Notes under the pieces: model-generated
What the model saw: the letters and a program-made list of their open reading frames with translations, nothing else
What the model was told of the DNA's origin: nothing
The model's database searches: none
Made by a program: the position numbers and the translations under genes
Origin: an uncultured Gammaproteobacteria bacterium
Lineage (GTDB): Bacteria > Patescibacteriota > Microgenomatia > UBA12405 > JAHJSD01
Assembly (NCBI GenBank): GCA_964498425.1
Contig: CAZCGQ010000002.1
Coordinates: 34,193-98,192, forward strand
Direction of reading: 5' to 3'
Length of the DNA: 64,000 nt
Part shown: positions 38,647 to 47,473 of the stretch, in pieces
Layout: every line of letters begins with the position of its first letter
How positions within the stretch are numbered: position 1 is the stretch's first letter

Positions 38647-38937
38647 ATGACAAACAAAGTTGATGTTGAACATTTGGCAAAACTAGCCAAGTTGGAAGTT
38701 AGTACAAAAGAAAAAGAGACACTGGCTGGCCAACTGGAAGCCACGGTTGACTATATTGAAGTTTTAGATGAACTGGAAACCGATGAGGTTAAACCAAGTT
38801 TTCAGGTTACCGGACAGTCTAACGTTTCTAGAAAAGATGAGCCTGAAACATACTTAACCCAAGAAGAAGCTTTAGCTAACGCACCTAAAAAATTGAATGG
38901 TTATTTTGTTGTCAAAAAGATTGAGTGGGGAGAATAA
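38647..38937 (+). CDS. gatC: Glu/Asp-tRNA amidotransferase subunit C
   Basis: DVEHLAKLAKLEVS...LDYIEVL matches the GatC pattern; 96 aa. Confidence 0.8.
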   Translation: MTNKVDVEHLAKLAKLEVSTKEKETLAGQLEATVDYIEVLDELETDEVKPSFQVTGQSNVSRKDEPETYLTQEEALANAPKKLNGYFVVKKIEWGE

Positions 38938-38982
38938 TTAGGTGTTAGGTGTTAGGTGCTAGCGGCTAGTGGTATATAAATT

Positions 38983-40374
38983 ATGAAAAGTCTTAATAAA
39001 TTAACAATAACTGAGGCGAGAAAGGGTCTTAAGAATCAAGATTTTACGGTTACAGATTTAGTTAAGGCTTGTCTTAACCGAATTGAAGAAACGAACCAAG
39101 AACTGAATTCATTTTTAACTGTCTGCAAAGAGGAATCTCTTGCCCAAGCCAAAAAATTAGACCAGGATTTAAAAAACGGATCACTAGCCACTAGCACCAA
39201 GCCGCTACTTGGCATTCCTATCGCTGTTAAAGATAATTTTTGTACCCAAGGGGTAAGAACGACTGCCAGCTCTAAGGTTTTGGATAATTTTGTTCCTCCT
39301 TATGACGCAACTGTGGTCGCTAAACTTAAGGAAGCGGGAGCAATTATTATCGGTAAAACTAATATGGATGCTTGGGCTCATGGTTCGTCAACTGAAACTT
39401 CAGCTTACGGCACAACTAAAAACCCTCATAATACCGATTTTTCGCCGGGTGGATCTTCGGGCGGTAGTGCAGCTGCGGTGGCTAGTCATCAAGTTATTGC
39501 GGCGGTTGGTTCGGAAACAGCTGGGTCAATCCGCCAACCAGCGGCTTGGTGCGGTGTGGTTGGATTGAAACCTACTTACGGCCGGGTCAGCCGATGGGGA
39601 TTGATTGCCATGGCTTCATCGACTGATTCTCCTGGGCCGATAACCAAAACTGTTGAAGACGCTGGAATTTTGTTGAGCGTTTTGGCTGGTAAGGATAAAA
39701 AGGATGCCACCAGTTCGAATGAACCGGTCGCCGATTATCAAAGCTATGATTTAGACCCAAAGGAAATCACTATCGGAATTGCCAAAGAATATTTTCTTGA
39801 AAATATGAATAAAGAGGTAAAAGAAGTTGTTAATCAAAAGATTGAAGATTTGAAGAAAGCTGGTTTTAAAGTTAAAGATGTTTCGCTTCTTGATCCCAAA
39901 TATTCTATTGCTGTCTACACTATTGTTCAACGAGCGGAGGTATCTTCAAATTTAGCTAGATTTGACGGCATTCGTTATGGTAATAACCGTACTGCTTTTG
40001 GGTCTGAGGCAAAAAGACGGGTTATGCTTGGTACCCATGTTTTGTCCTCGGGATATTATGATGAGTATTACACTAAAGGCCAGCGGGTAAGAACACTAAT
40101 TAAAGAAGATTTGGATAAGGCTTTTCAAGAAGTTGATGTTATTGTCGCCCCTACGTCTCCAACTCCAGCTTTAAAAATTGGGGAAAGCGCCAAAAGTCCG
40201 ATGTTTGGCGAAATGCAAGACGTTTTAGTAGAGGCTAGCAGTTTAGCCGGGTTACCAGGAATAAGTATTAACGCTGGATTTTCCAACAAACTACCAATAG
40301 GAATTCAATTTTTTGCCCCTCAGTTTAAGGAAAAGTTAGTTTTAGGAATTGCAAGTATGGCGGAAAATGTTTAA
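38983..40374 (+). CDS. gatA: Glu/Asp-tRNA amidotransferase subunit A (amidase)
   Basis: Amidase signature GGSSGGSAAAVA, Ser-cisSer-Lys triad region. Confidence 0.9.
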   Translation: MKSLNKLTITEARKGLKNQDFTVTDLVKACLNRIEETNQELNSFLTVCKEESLAQAKKLDQDLKNGSLATSTKPLLGIPIAVKDNFCTQGVRTTASSKVLDNFVPPYDATVVAKLKEAGAIIIGKTNMDAWAHGSSTETSAYGTTKNPHNTDFSPGGSSGGSAAAVASHQVIAAVGSETAGSIRQPAAWCGVVGLKPTYGRVSRWGLIAMASSTDSPGPITKTVEDAGILLSVLAGKDKKDATSSNEPVADYQSYDLDPKEITIGIAKEYFLENMNKEVKEVVNQKIEDLKKAGFKVKDVSLLDPKYSIAVYTIVQRAEVSSNLARFDGIRYGNNRTAFGSEAKRRVMLGTHVLSSGYYDEYYTKGQRVRTLIKEDLDKAFQEVDVIVAPTSPTPALKIGESAKSPMFGEMQDVLVEASSLAGLPGISINAGFSNKLPIGIQFFAPQFKEKLVLGIASMAENV

Positions 40375-41623
40375 AAGAATTTCTTTGTTTAAAAACCGGA
40401 ATTTTATAAAATTGTGGACGGCACATATTTTGTCTCAATTGTCTGGTTATGGTTTGTTGTTTTTAGTTATTTCTAGAACCTTTGAGTTGACTAATTCCAG
40501 TGTTATTACTGGAATAGTTTATATTTCTTTTTCCTTACCAATGGTTTTTGTTTCGCCTTTTGCCGGATCGTTGGTTGATGCTTGGCCAAAAAGAAGAACC
40601 TTAATTGCTACATATTTGAGCCATTTTGCGATTATTTCTTTTGCAGCGTTGAGCTTTCTGTCGGGCAAGTTTGATTTGATTTATTTTCTTTTGTTTTTGT
40701 TTTCAACGGTAACTTCAGTAAATGATCCGGCAGAGTTAGCCCAACTGCCAAATGTGGTTGAGGATAAAAATGATTTGATGTTGGCCAATAATATTTTCTT
40801 TTTTACCGATCAGGCTTCATTAATAACCGCTTCGGCAATAACCGGTATTTTAGTTAATTTTATTTCTTTTCCAATTACTTTAGGTCTAGTTGGTTTGATG
40901 CCTTTAACGGCAAGTTTGGTTATTTCTAAACTTCCATCGGCTAATGGAGGGGGAGAGCCACTTTCTTTAATTAAGGAACTGGAAAGTTTGCTAAAACGCG
41001 TTAAGGCTGGCTATCAGTTTTTATCCAGCAATACTTTAGTTCTTTATTCATTTGGATTAGTGGTTATTTTTCGGGTTTTGACTTCGTTAGCAGTTTTGCT
41101 CTTGCCGAATATTGCCAATAATATTTTTAATATTTCTGCCTTTGATGCCGGTTATTTTATTATCCTCCCGGTGGCGGTTGGATTATTTGTTGGAACAACG
41201 ATTTTAAATAAACGTGGTGAGGAGGAAAGTCGAAAGAATAAATGGATTGGGACTGGATTTAGTTTGATGGGAATGATGGTTCTGGCTGTGGTTTTTGGCC
41301 GTCAAAGTAATTACGTTATCCAGTTGTTTTTGGATTTGGCTTATTTGGTTTTGATCGGGGTATCAGCGTCTGTCATTTTTGCTCCATCGGTAACTTTTTT
41401 ACACGAATATACCCCAAACCAAGTTCGGGGACATACTTTTGCCAATTTGATGTTTTTTGTTAATCTGGCGATTATTCCATCGTCGCTTTTGGCAACGTCT
41501 TTGGCCGAGCTTTTAGGTATTCAAGCATTGATGGCCGGGGTCGGGTTCTTGATTTTAATTCTTGGCGTTATAATTATTAACAAAGGAAATGCAATCATCT
41601 TGGCAACCAATAATCGGAGTTGA
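40349..41623 (+). CDS. MFS transporter inserted between gatA and gatB
   Basis: About 12 TM helices; DAWPKRR loop. Confidence 0.6.
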   Translation: MQVWRKMFKRISLFKNRNFIKLWTAHILSQLSGYGLLFLVISRTFELTNSSVITGIVYISFSLPMVFVSPFAGSLVDAWPKRRTLIATYLSHFAIISFAALSFLSGKFDLIYFLLFLFSTVTSVNDPAELAQLPNVVEDKNDLMLANNIFFFTDQASLITASAITGILVNFISFPITLGLVGLMPLTASLVISKLPSANGGGEPLSLIKELESLLKRVKAGYQFLSSNTLVLYSFGLVVIFRVLTSLAVLLLPNIANNIFNISAFDAGYFIILPVAVGLFVGTTILNKRGEEESRKNKWIGTGFSLMGMMVLAVVFGRQSNYVIQLFLDLAYLVLIGVSASVIFAPSVTFLHEYTPNQVRGHTFANLMFFVNLAIIPSSLLATSLAELLGIQALMAGVGFLILILGVIIINKGNAIILATNNRS

Positions 41624-42896
41624 AATCCATGTTGAGCTGAACACGGCATCAAAGATGTTCTGCCGATGTCAGAACGACCATTTTCAAGTGGAACCGAATA
41701 CCCATGTCTGTCCGGTTTGTTTAGGATTACCGGGTGCCTTGCCAGTACCTAATCAAGCGGCTATTGATAACACAATCATGATTGCTTTGACCCTCAACTG
41801 CAATGTTAATGAGGAGTTTTGGTTTGACCGCAAAAATTATTTTTACCCAGATTTGCCAAAGGGGTATCAAATATCCCAACATTTTTCTCCAATTGGGGTT
41901 AAGGGAAAAGTGCCAATTTTGATTGACGGGGAATTTATGGATATCGGAATTAATGATGTCCATTTGGAAGAGGATACCGGTAAATTGGTCCATCAGGATG
42001 ATAAGTCATTGATTGATTTTAACCGCAGTGGAGTGCCTCTGGTTGAAATTGTCTCCAGCCCGGATTTACATTCAGCTAAGCAGACTAAGGTTTATTTGAA
42101 ACGGATCCAACAGACTTTACGCTGGCTGGGTGTTTCTGACTGTGATATGGAGAAGGGGTCAATGCGGTTGGAGGCAAATATTTCAGTCGCGGACTCCTCA
42201 GAGGTGGCCGCGTTACCTGATTACAGGGTAGAAGTTAAGAACTTGAATTCGTTTAGGTTTGTGGAGAAAGCAATTGATTATGAGGTTAAGCGCCAAATAA
42301 AGCTTTTAGAAAAAGGTGAAAAACCTCGGCAAGAAACTCGCGGTTATGATTCTGACAAAGATATGACTTTTGTTCAACGCGGAAAGGAAGTCGCTAAAGA
42401 CTATCGCTATTTCCCTGAACCAGATATACCACCCTTTAATGTTCAAAAATCCAATATCCAAATGTTCAAAAAGAAAATTAATAAATTACCTTGGGAGGAA
42501 GAGAGGAAAATTATTGAGGCCGGGGTTAGATGGAAGTGGGCGGAGATTATTGCTCGGGAAACGGCAACGATTAACTTGTTTTGGCAGACTGTTCAATCCG
42601 GACTTGACGCTGAAGATGTGGCTAATTATATGGTTAATAACCCTTTACCCGAGGATACTACCGCAAAAGATTTGGCCAAAATAATTAAAGCAGAACAAGA
42701 CAAGTTTGATTTGGGTGAAAATGAAGTAAAAAAAGCAGTTAAAAAGGCAATTTCAGAAAATCCACAAGCTGTTGAAGATTACCAGTCAGGCAAAAAGGCA
42801 GCGGTTGGATTTTTAATTGGGCAAGTAATGAAATTAACTTCCGGCCGGGCTGATCCAAACACCGCCCGCCAACTGCTAATAGAAGAACTAAAATAA
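41589..42896 (+). CDS. gatB: Glu/Asp-tRNA amidotransferase subunit B
   Basis: IGVEIHVELNTASKMFCRC...CPVCLGLPGALP matches the GatB N-terminus; C-terminal YqeY-like domain. Confidence 0.9.
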   Translation: MQSSWQPIIGVEIHVELNTASKMFCRCQNDHFQVEPNTHVCPVCLGLPGALPVPNQAAIDNTIMIALTLNCNVNEEFWFDRKNYFYPDLPKGYQISQHFSPIGVKGKVPILIDGEFMDIGINDVHLEEDTGKLVHQDDKSLIDFNRSGVPLVEIVSSPDLHSAKQTKVYLKRIQQTLRWLGVSDCDMEKGSMRLEANISVADSSEVAALPDYRVEVKNLNSFRFVEKAIDYEVKRQIKLLEKGEKPRQETRGYDSDKDMTFVQRGKEVAKDYRYFPEPDIPPFNVQKSNIQMFKKKINKLPWEEERKIIEAGVRWKWAEIIARETATINLFWQTVQSGLDAEDVANYMVNNPLPEDTTAKDLAKIIKAEQDKFDLGENEVKKAVKKAISENPQAVEDYQSGKKAAVGFLIGQVMKLTSGRADPNTARQLLIEELK

Positions 42897-43312
42897 TGAA
42901 AACTGATAATATTTTATCGCATAATATTTACAGCCAAAAATTTAAAGACGAATTTTTAGTTATGGCTTCATGCTTACCAGATATTCACCCTAAAATTATT
43001 AAACAATTTTGTGAAAACTGGAAAAATGTAGTCTATTTTTGTTTAGAACAATTTCACTACAATCAACTGATTGCAAAATTATTTGATATTTTGGCAATTG
43101 GCAAGACAAAAAAAGTCGGATTCATTACCCCCGATGGTTCACCTCATTGCGTTCAAATGCATTACGCAAGCAAATATTTAAAAAGGGGGCTAAATAAGAA
43201 AGTAATTTTTGAGCATTTTGTTATTGACAAAGACGGTGAACCTTATGAAATTAATCAAAAAGATATAGACCGATCTAATAAACTTTCACTAAAAGGTATT
43301 AAAATAAAATGA
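42896..43312 (+). CDS. Hypothetical protein
   Basis: 138-aa ORF, no recognised motifs. Confidence 0.3.
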   Translation: MKTDNILSHNIYSQKFKDEFLVMASCLPDIHPKIIKQFCENWKNVVYFCLEQFHYNQLIAKLFDILAIGKTKKVGFITPDGSPHCVQMHYASKYLKRGLNKKVIFEHFVIDKDGEPYEINQKDIDRSNKLSLKGIKIK

Positions 43313-43866
43313 AAACTGATCTTATTAATAAAGCTAAAAATCATTTTAAAAAATCTTTTCAGCAAGCTGACCCTGACATTCTTCTTTACGAAGACCTACC
43401 CACCCACGTTAAAGAATGCGAAAAGTGGGCCAAAAGAGTTCTAGAATTGTATCCCGAAGCCGATAAGGAAGTTGTTTTAACCTCGGTCTGGCTACATGAT
43501 ATTGGACAAGCATTCCCCCCAAAGGAAAAAGATCATGCAATCAAATCGGAAACCGAAACTTTAAAATTTCTTAAAAAACAGAATATAAATAAAGATAAAG
43601 CAAATAAAATTGCTCACATCGCTAGGTCACATCGAAATAAAGATGTACCGCCTCAAACCACTGAAGCAAAAATCTTAGTTGCTGCCGATTCGGCAAGCCA
43701 TATGACAGATTATGTTTATATTAAAATAATTAAAAGCCAGGGAAAAAAGTATGCCCTTAGCAAACTTGAACGTGACTTTAGAGATGTCAGTCTTTTACCT
43801 AAATTAAAAGAAGATATTCTTCCACTTTATACCGTTTGGAAGGAATTAATTGAGATTTATCCATGA
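43309..43866 (+). CDS. HD-domain phosphohydrolase
   Basis: H...E...WLHDIGQ and ...AADSASHM HD motif residues. Confidence 0.6.
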   Translation: MKTDLINKAKNHFKKSFQQADPDILLYEDLPTHVKECEKWAKRVLELYPEADKEVVLTSVWLHDIGQAFPPKEKDHAIKSETETLKFLKKQNINKDKANKIAHIARSHRNKDVPPQTTEAKILVAADSASHMTDYVYIKIIKSQGKKYALSKLERDFRDVSLLPKLKEDILPLYTVWKELIEIYP

Positions 43867-44630
43867 ATAAGATAATTGCAATTTATGGGCCGACTACTTC
43901 TAATAAGTTGGGGTTGGCTTACAATTTAAGCAAGTATGTTTGGGGGAAATATGAAATTGACCCGGAGGTGATTAACACTGACCCGATTAAGGCTTACCGG
44001 GGATTTGACATTTCCCAAAGTTATCCTAATGAGAATTTTAAGGAAAAGGTTGAAGTTCATTTGTTTAACGCCTTTCCGCCTAATCAGGAAATTGATTTAT
44101 TCGATTTTAAACAGGCAGTTGATGAAAAGGTTAGTGAAATTCAAAGCCGAGGAAATTTGCCAATTTTGGTCGGCGGGTCGGCTATGTATCTTTTAGCAAT
44201 TCTGCAAAACTGGCAGAAAGGAGAAAAAGAACATTCAAAAAAGATTCCGGATAATATTTTAGTTTTTGGACTGACGGTATCCAAACCAGCAATGAAAAGA
44301 GCCGTCGAAAAGAATGTTAAGAATATGTTTAATCAAGGACTGTATGAGGAATTTAAAAGGCTATTTGAACAAATAGAGGAGGGCAGTGTTAATCGAGAAA
44401 TTTTAGAGAAGGTAGCTGGATATCAACAGTTTTTAGAAATGGCCAGGGTTTCTAAGAAGTCGCCTTTGGATTTGAATAAGCAAGATTTAAATAAAATTAA
44501 GAAGTGGTTGATTAAGGATATTGTTGACTACGGTTATCACCAAACATTAAATTACAAAAAGTTTCCGGGAATTTACAAAATTCGAGAATTTAATCAGGCC
44601 CGACAAATTGTCGATAAGTTTTTAAAGTAA
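43863..44630 (+). CDS. miaA: tRNA dimethylallyltransferase (MiaA-like, short form)
   Basis: IYGPTTSNK (P-loop), INTDPIKAYRGFDISQSYP, LPILVGGSAMYL, VAGYQQF all align with MiaA motifs. Confidence 0.65.
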   Translation: MNKIIAIYGPTTSNKLGLAYNLSKYVWGKYEIDPEVINTDPIKAYRGFDISQSYPNENFKEKVEVHLFNAFPPNQEIDLFDFKQAVDEKVSEIQSRGNLPILVGGSAMYLLAILQNWQKGEKEHSKKIPDNILVFGLTVSKPAMKRAVEKNVKNMFNQGLYEEFKRLFEQIEEGSVNREILEKVAGYQQFLEMARVSKKSPLDLNKQDLNKIKKWLIKDIVDYGYHQTLNYKKFPGIYKIREFNQARQIVDKFLK

Positions 44631-44645
44631 GTTTCCGAGGAGCAA

Positions 44646-45080
44646 TTACTTTTTGATAACGATCATTAATATTCTGAAGCCTGTTTCTACCGATGGGCCA
44701 ACAATGACAAAGTCTGAAAGTGGTTTTTCTTGATCTCCATCCGCCCGTTGAAGCTTTAACACTTCAGACAAATGTTTAATTTGATTTGGCTTACGTAATT
44801 CTTCTTGAACAGATTTTATTATTCCAGGAGGTTTGGTTCTAACGTGCTCCTCAACCATATTTCTTTTTACCTCTCGCGGGAGCTCCATTACGTAAAGATC
44901 GTAGTTTTCGATTTCTTGACGATACTTAAAAACTGGTTCGTTGTTTACATAGATGGCATCCCCATTTGATTTTTTCAGCTGTTCAAATTGCAGAAATGAA
45001 GCTTCTAAATAGGCAAGCCGAGCAGTTAATTCTGCTTTGTCAAATGCCTTTGCAGTTTTTTCGTCCAACTTGTCTGCCAC
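44646..45080 (-). CDS. Hypothetical protein
   Basis: 144-aa ORF, no recognised motifs. Confidence 0.3.
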   Translation of the reverse strand: MADKLDEKTAKAFDKAELTARLAYLEASFLQFEQLKKSNGDAIYVNNEPVFKYRQEIENYDLYVMELPREVKRNMVEEHVRTKPPGIIKSVQEELRKPNQIKHLSEVLKLQRADGDQEKPLSDFVIVGPSVETGFRILMIVIKK

Positions 45081-45143
45081 AACTAAATCCTACCATAAAT
45101 ATGTCTGTTAAAAATTCATGCAAGTTTTTGATAAAATCAGTTT

Positions 45144-45533
45144 ATGAAGAGGGTTGTTATTGCTGGCAGTGCTTCACTTCAAAATAAAATTAACAAATGG
45201 ATTAAGTATTGGAAGGATAAGGGATACAAGGTTATTGATTACCCTAAACCAATTGTCGAAGACTTCGAAGCCAAATATGCGAGCATTTATCGTGAATTCA
45301 TGAGTAATCTCAGAAAAGCTGATGTTTTGTTTATTATGAATGAAACGAAGAATAACATTCAAGGCTACATTGGTGCAGAGACTTTTGCGGAATTGTCTTT
45401 TGGTGTTATTTTAAATCAGATCGATAATAAAAATATTGATATCTATTTGTTACAAGAACCCTCTAGCCAAGTCCAGTCTTATGATGAAATTAATCTCTGG
45501 CTAAAACTAGGCTGGATTAAAATTTTAAAATAA
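45144..45533 (+). CDS. Nucleoside 2-deoxyribosyltransferase/DNPH1(Rcl)-like small Rossmann protein
   Basis: ADVLFIMNE and GAETFAELSFG resemble the NDT-family catalytic-Glu motif. Confidence 0.35.
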   Translation: MKRVVIAGSASLQNKINKWIKYWKDKGYKVIDYPKPIVEDFEAKYASIYREFMSNLRKADVLFIMNETKNNIQGYIGAETFAELSFGVILNQIDNKNIDIYLLQEPSSQVQSYDEINLWLKLGWIKILK

Positions 45534-45564
45534 ACCTTTTTACCTAAACTAAAGGGTAAAGTGC

Positions 45565-47379
45565 TTATTTATAGCCTTTGGCTTGGAGATTAAAGAGATG
45601 GGCATACTTGCCTTCAAGAGACATTAATTTGTCGTGATTACCTCGTTCGATAACTTGTCCTTGGTCGATTACAAATATTTTATTGGCGTTACGTACGGTA
45701 GAGAAACGGTGGGAAACAAAGATTAGCGATTTGTCTTGATACTGGCTTTGGAGGTTGTTAAATATTTGATATTCGGCTTCAGCGTCTATAGAACTGGTTG
45801 GTTCATCTAGAATTAATACTGGCGGTTGTTGATAGAACGCTCGGGCAATTGCCAGTTTTTGCCATTCACCAGTAGATAATTCCTCACCATCTTCAAATTC
45901 CCGACCAAGCATTTGGTCATATTTTTGGGGCAATCTTTCAATAAAATCAGAAGCACCAGATTTTTCGGCTGCTTCTTCAATCGCCGCTTGATCTTTTCTG
46001 CCTGGTGCACCAAGGGTGATGTTTTCTTTAACATTGAAGTGATAACGAACAAATTCTTGAAATAAAGTTCCGATAAATTTGTACCAGTTACTTAAGCTAA
46101 TTTTCTTAATATTGACATCATTAATTAGTATTTCACCGCTAGTAACATCATAAAAACGACAAAGGAGCTTGATAATTGTGGTTTTGCCAGCACCGTTGTG
46201 ACCGACAAAGGCTACACTTTCCCCAGGATCAATAACAAGTGAAACATCGTTGAGAACTTTTGGCCCATCAGGATATTGAAAAGATACGTTTTTAAATTCA
46301 ATTTTAGGAGGTTTGATTTCTTTAAAGACAATCGGGTCTTTGGCTTGTTTAACAATTTTAGGCAAGTTCATTAAGTCAAAGAAATGATTAACGTATAAAC
46401 TGTTTTCATAGAGCTCTCCAAGTTTAGCGGAAGCATTTGCTGCTCGACCGCTTAGCTGTTCGAGCATGTTTATGAATAAGGTAAAACTACCAATAGTCAT
46501 TGCCCCAGTAATCACTGTTGGAAGAAATTGGGCAGAAACAAGAACGATAATTAGCACCTCAAAGAATGGTGGAATAATTGATACTTTTAGGTAGTCGTCA
46601 AGAGGTTTTTTATTTAAGTCATAAAGTTTTTCTTGAATATTTTTAAATTTTCTAATTAAATATGAAGAGGATTGCGATACCCGCGTTTCTTTGATTGCCG
46701 TTTGCTCTTGTAGAAGCCAATTAAAATACCATAACTTCCTAACCTGCGGCGCACCAGAACCCCATATTGACCATTGAATTGAACCGTATTTGGCTTTTAG
46801 GTACAGCCGTGGCAAGGTTATTACAGTAATTAATAAGGGTATCCACCATTGAAACGAAAAAACCACAAAAAAAGCTGCAAAGTAACCAACGACATCCCGA
46901 AAAAGATATGAGAATACTCTGAGAAAGTCAGGTAACCGCCACTGCATCGTATCTCGAGTTTTGGTTATCAGGTCTTGGGTTTTGTGATTTTCTAGATGAC
47001 CTATGTCTAATTGTGCATTATTTTTGTGAAACTCCAGAGTAACCTTGTTTTGAAGCTTATAACGAAAAAGATAGTCTAGATAAGTTTGGTTGTATCCCCA
47101 ATAAAGGATGTTTTCAATTAAGGAAATGATGTAGCGGGAAGCAAGAATGAAAACAATAACAAATGGAACACTACGAATATTGGCTGTTTGCAAATACTGC
47201 AATTCATCTATTAATAATTTAATAACGTAACTTGCTCCAAGAGGAATTAAGGCTCCGATTGCAGCGGTAAAATAATAAAGAAAGGTTATTTGCCGATCAA
47301 CACTCCAAGCCAATTCCAGCATTCGCTTCGTATTTTTATAAAGGTCAGTTAATACATCGGAAATTGTTTTTAATTTCAT
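45565..47379 (-). CDS. ABC exporter, fused permease-ATPase (MsbA-like)
   Basis: Six TM helices, Walker A GHNGAGKTT, LSTGEWQKLAIARA signature, ILDEPTSSID Walker B. Confidence 0.85.
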   Translation of the reverse strand: MKLKTISDVLTDLYKNTKRMLELAWSVDRQITFLYYFTAAIGALIPLGASYVIKLLIDELQYLQTANIRSVPFVIVFILASRYIISLIENILYWGYNQTYLDYLFRYKLQNKVTLEFHKNNAQLDIGHLENHKTQDLITKTRDTMQWRLPDFLRVFSYLFRDVVGYFAAFFVVFSFQWWIPLLITVITLPRLYLKAKYGSIQWSIWGSGAPQVRKLWYFNWLLQEQTAIKETRVSQSSSYLIRKFKNIQEKLYDLNKKPLDDYLKVSIIPPFFEVLIIVLVSAQFLPTVITGAMTIGSFTLFINMLEQLSGRAANASAKLGELYENSLYVNHFFDLMNLPKIVKQAKDPIVFKEIKPPKIEFKNVSFQYPDGPKVLNDVSLVIDPGESVAFVGHNGAGKTTIIKLLCRFYDVTSGEILINDVNIKKISLSNWYKFIGTLFQEFVRYHFNVKENITLGAPGRKDQAAIEEAAEKSGASDFIERLPQKYDQMLGREFEDGEELSTGEWQKLAIARAFYQQPPVLILDEPTSSIDAEAEYQIFNNLQSQYQDKSLIFVSHRFSTVRNANKIFVIDQGQVIERGNHDKLMSLEGKYAHLFNLQAKGYK

Positions 47380-47473
47380 TACTTCTTCATTATAGCGAAG
47401 ATTTTTTTCTGTTATACTGTGTTAAGAATTTAACGGTTGGTGGTGAGAGTTGCCCCTCGCTCAATTTTTTAAA

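Noticed and set aside
38938-38982. Possible CRISPR-like or tandem repeat (ggtgttaggtgttaggtgctagcggctagtgg)
   Set aside because: It has only two or three short degenerate units, no spacers and no cas genes. Treated instead as part of the CTAG-motif observation.
47450-47473. TTG-initiated extension of dnaE (MPLAQFFK...)
   Set aside because: The ATG at 47474 gives the conventional [18 protein letters not shown]-domain N-terminus.
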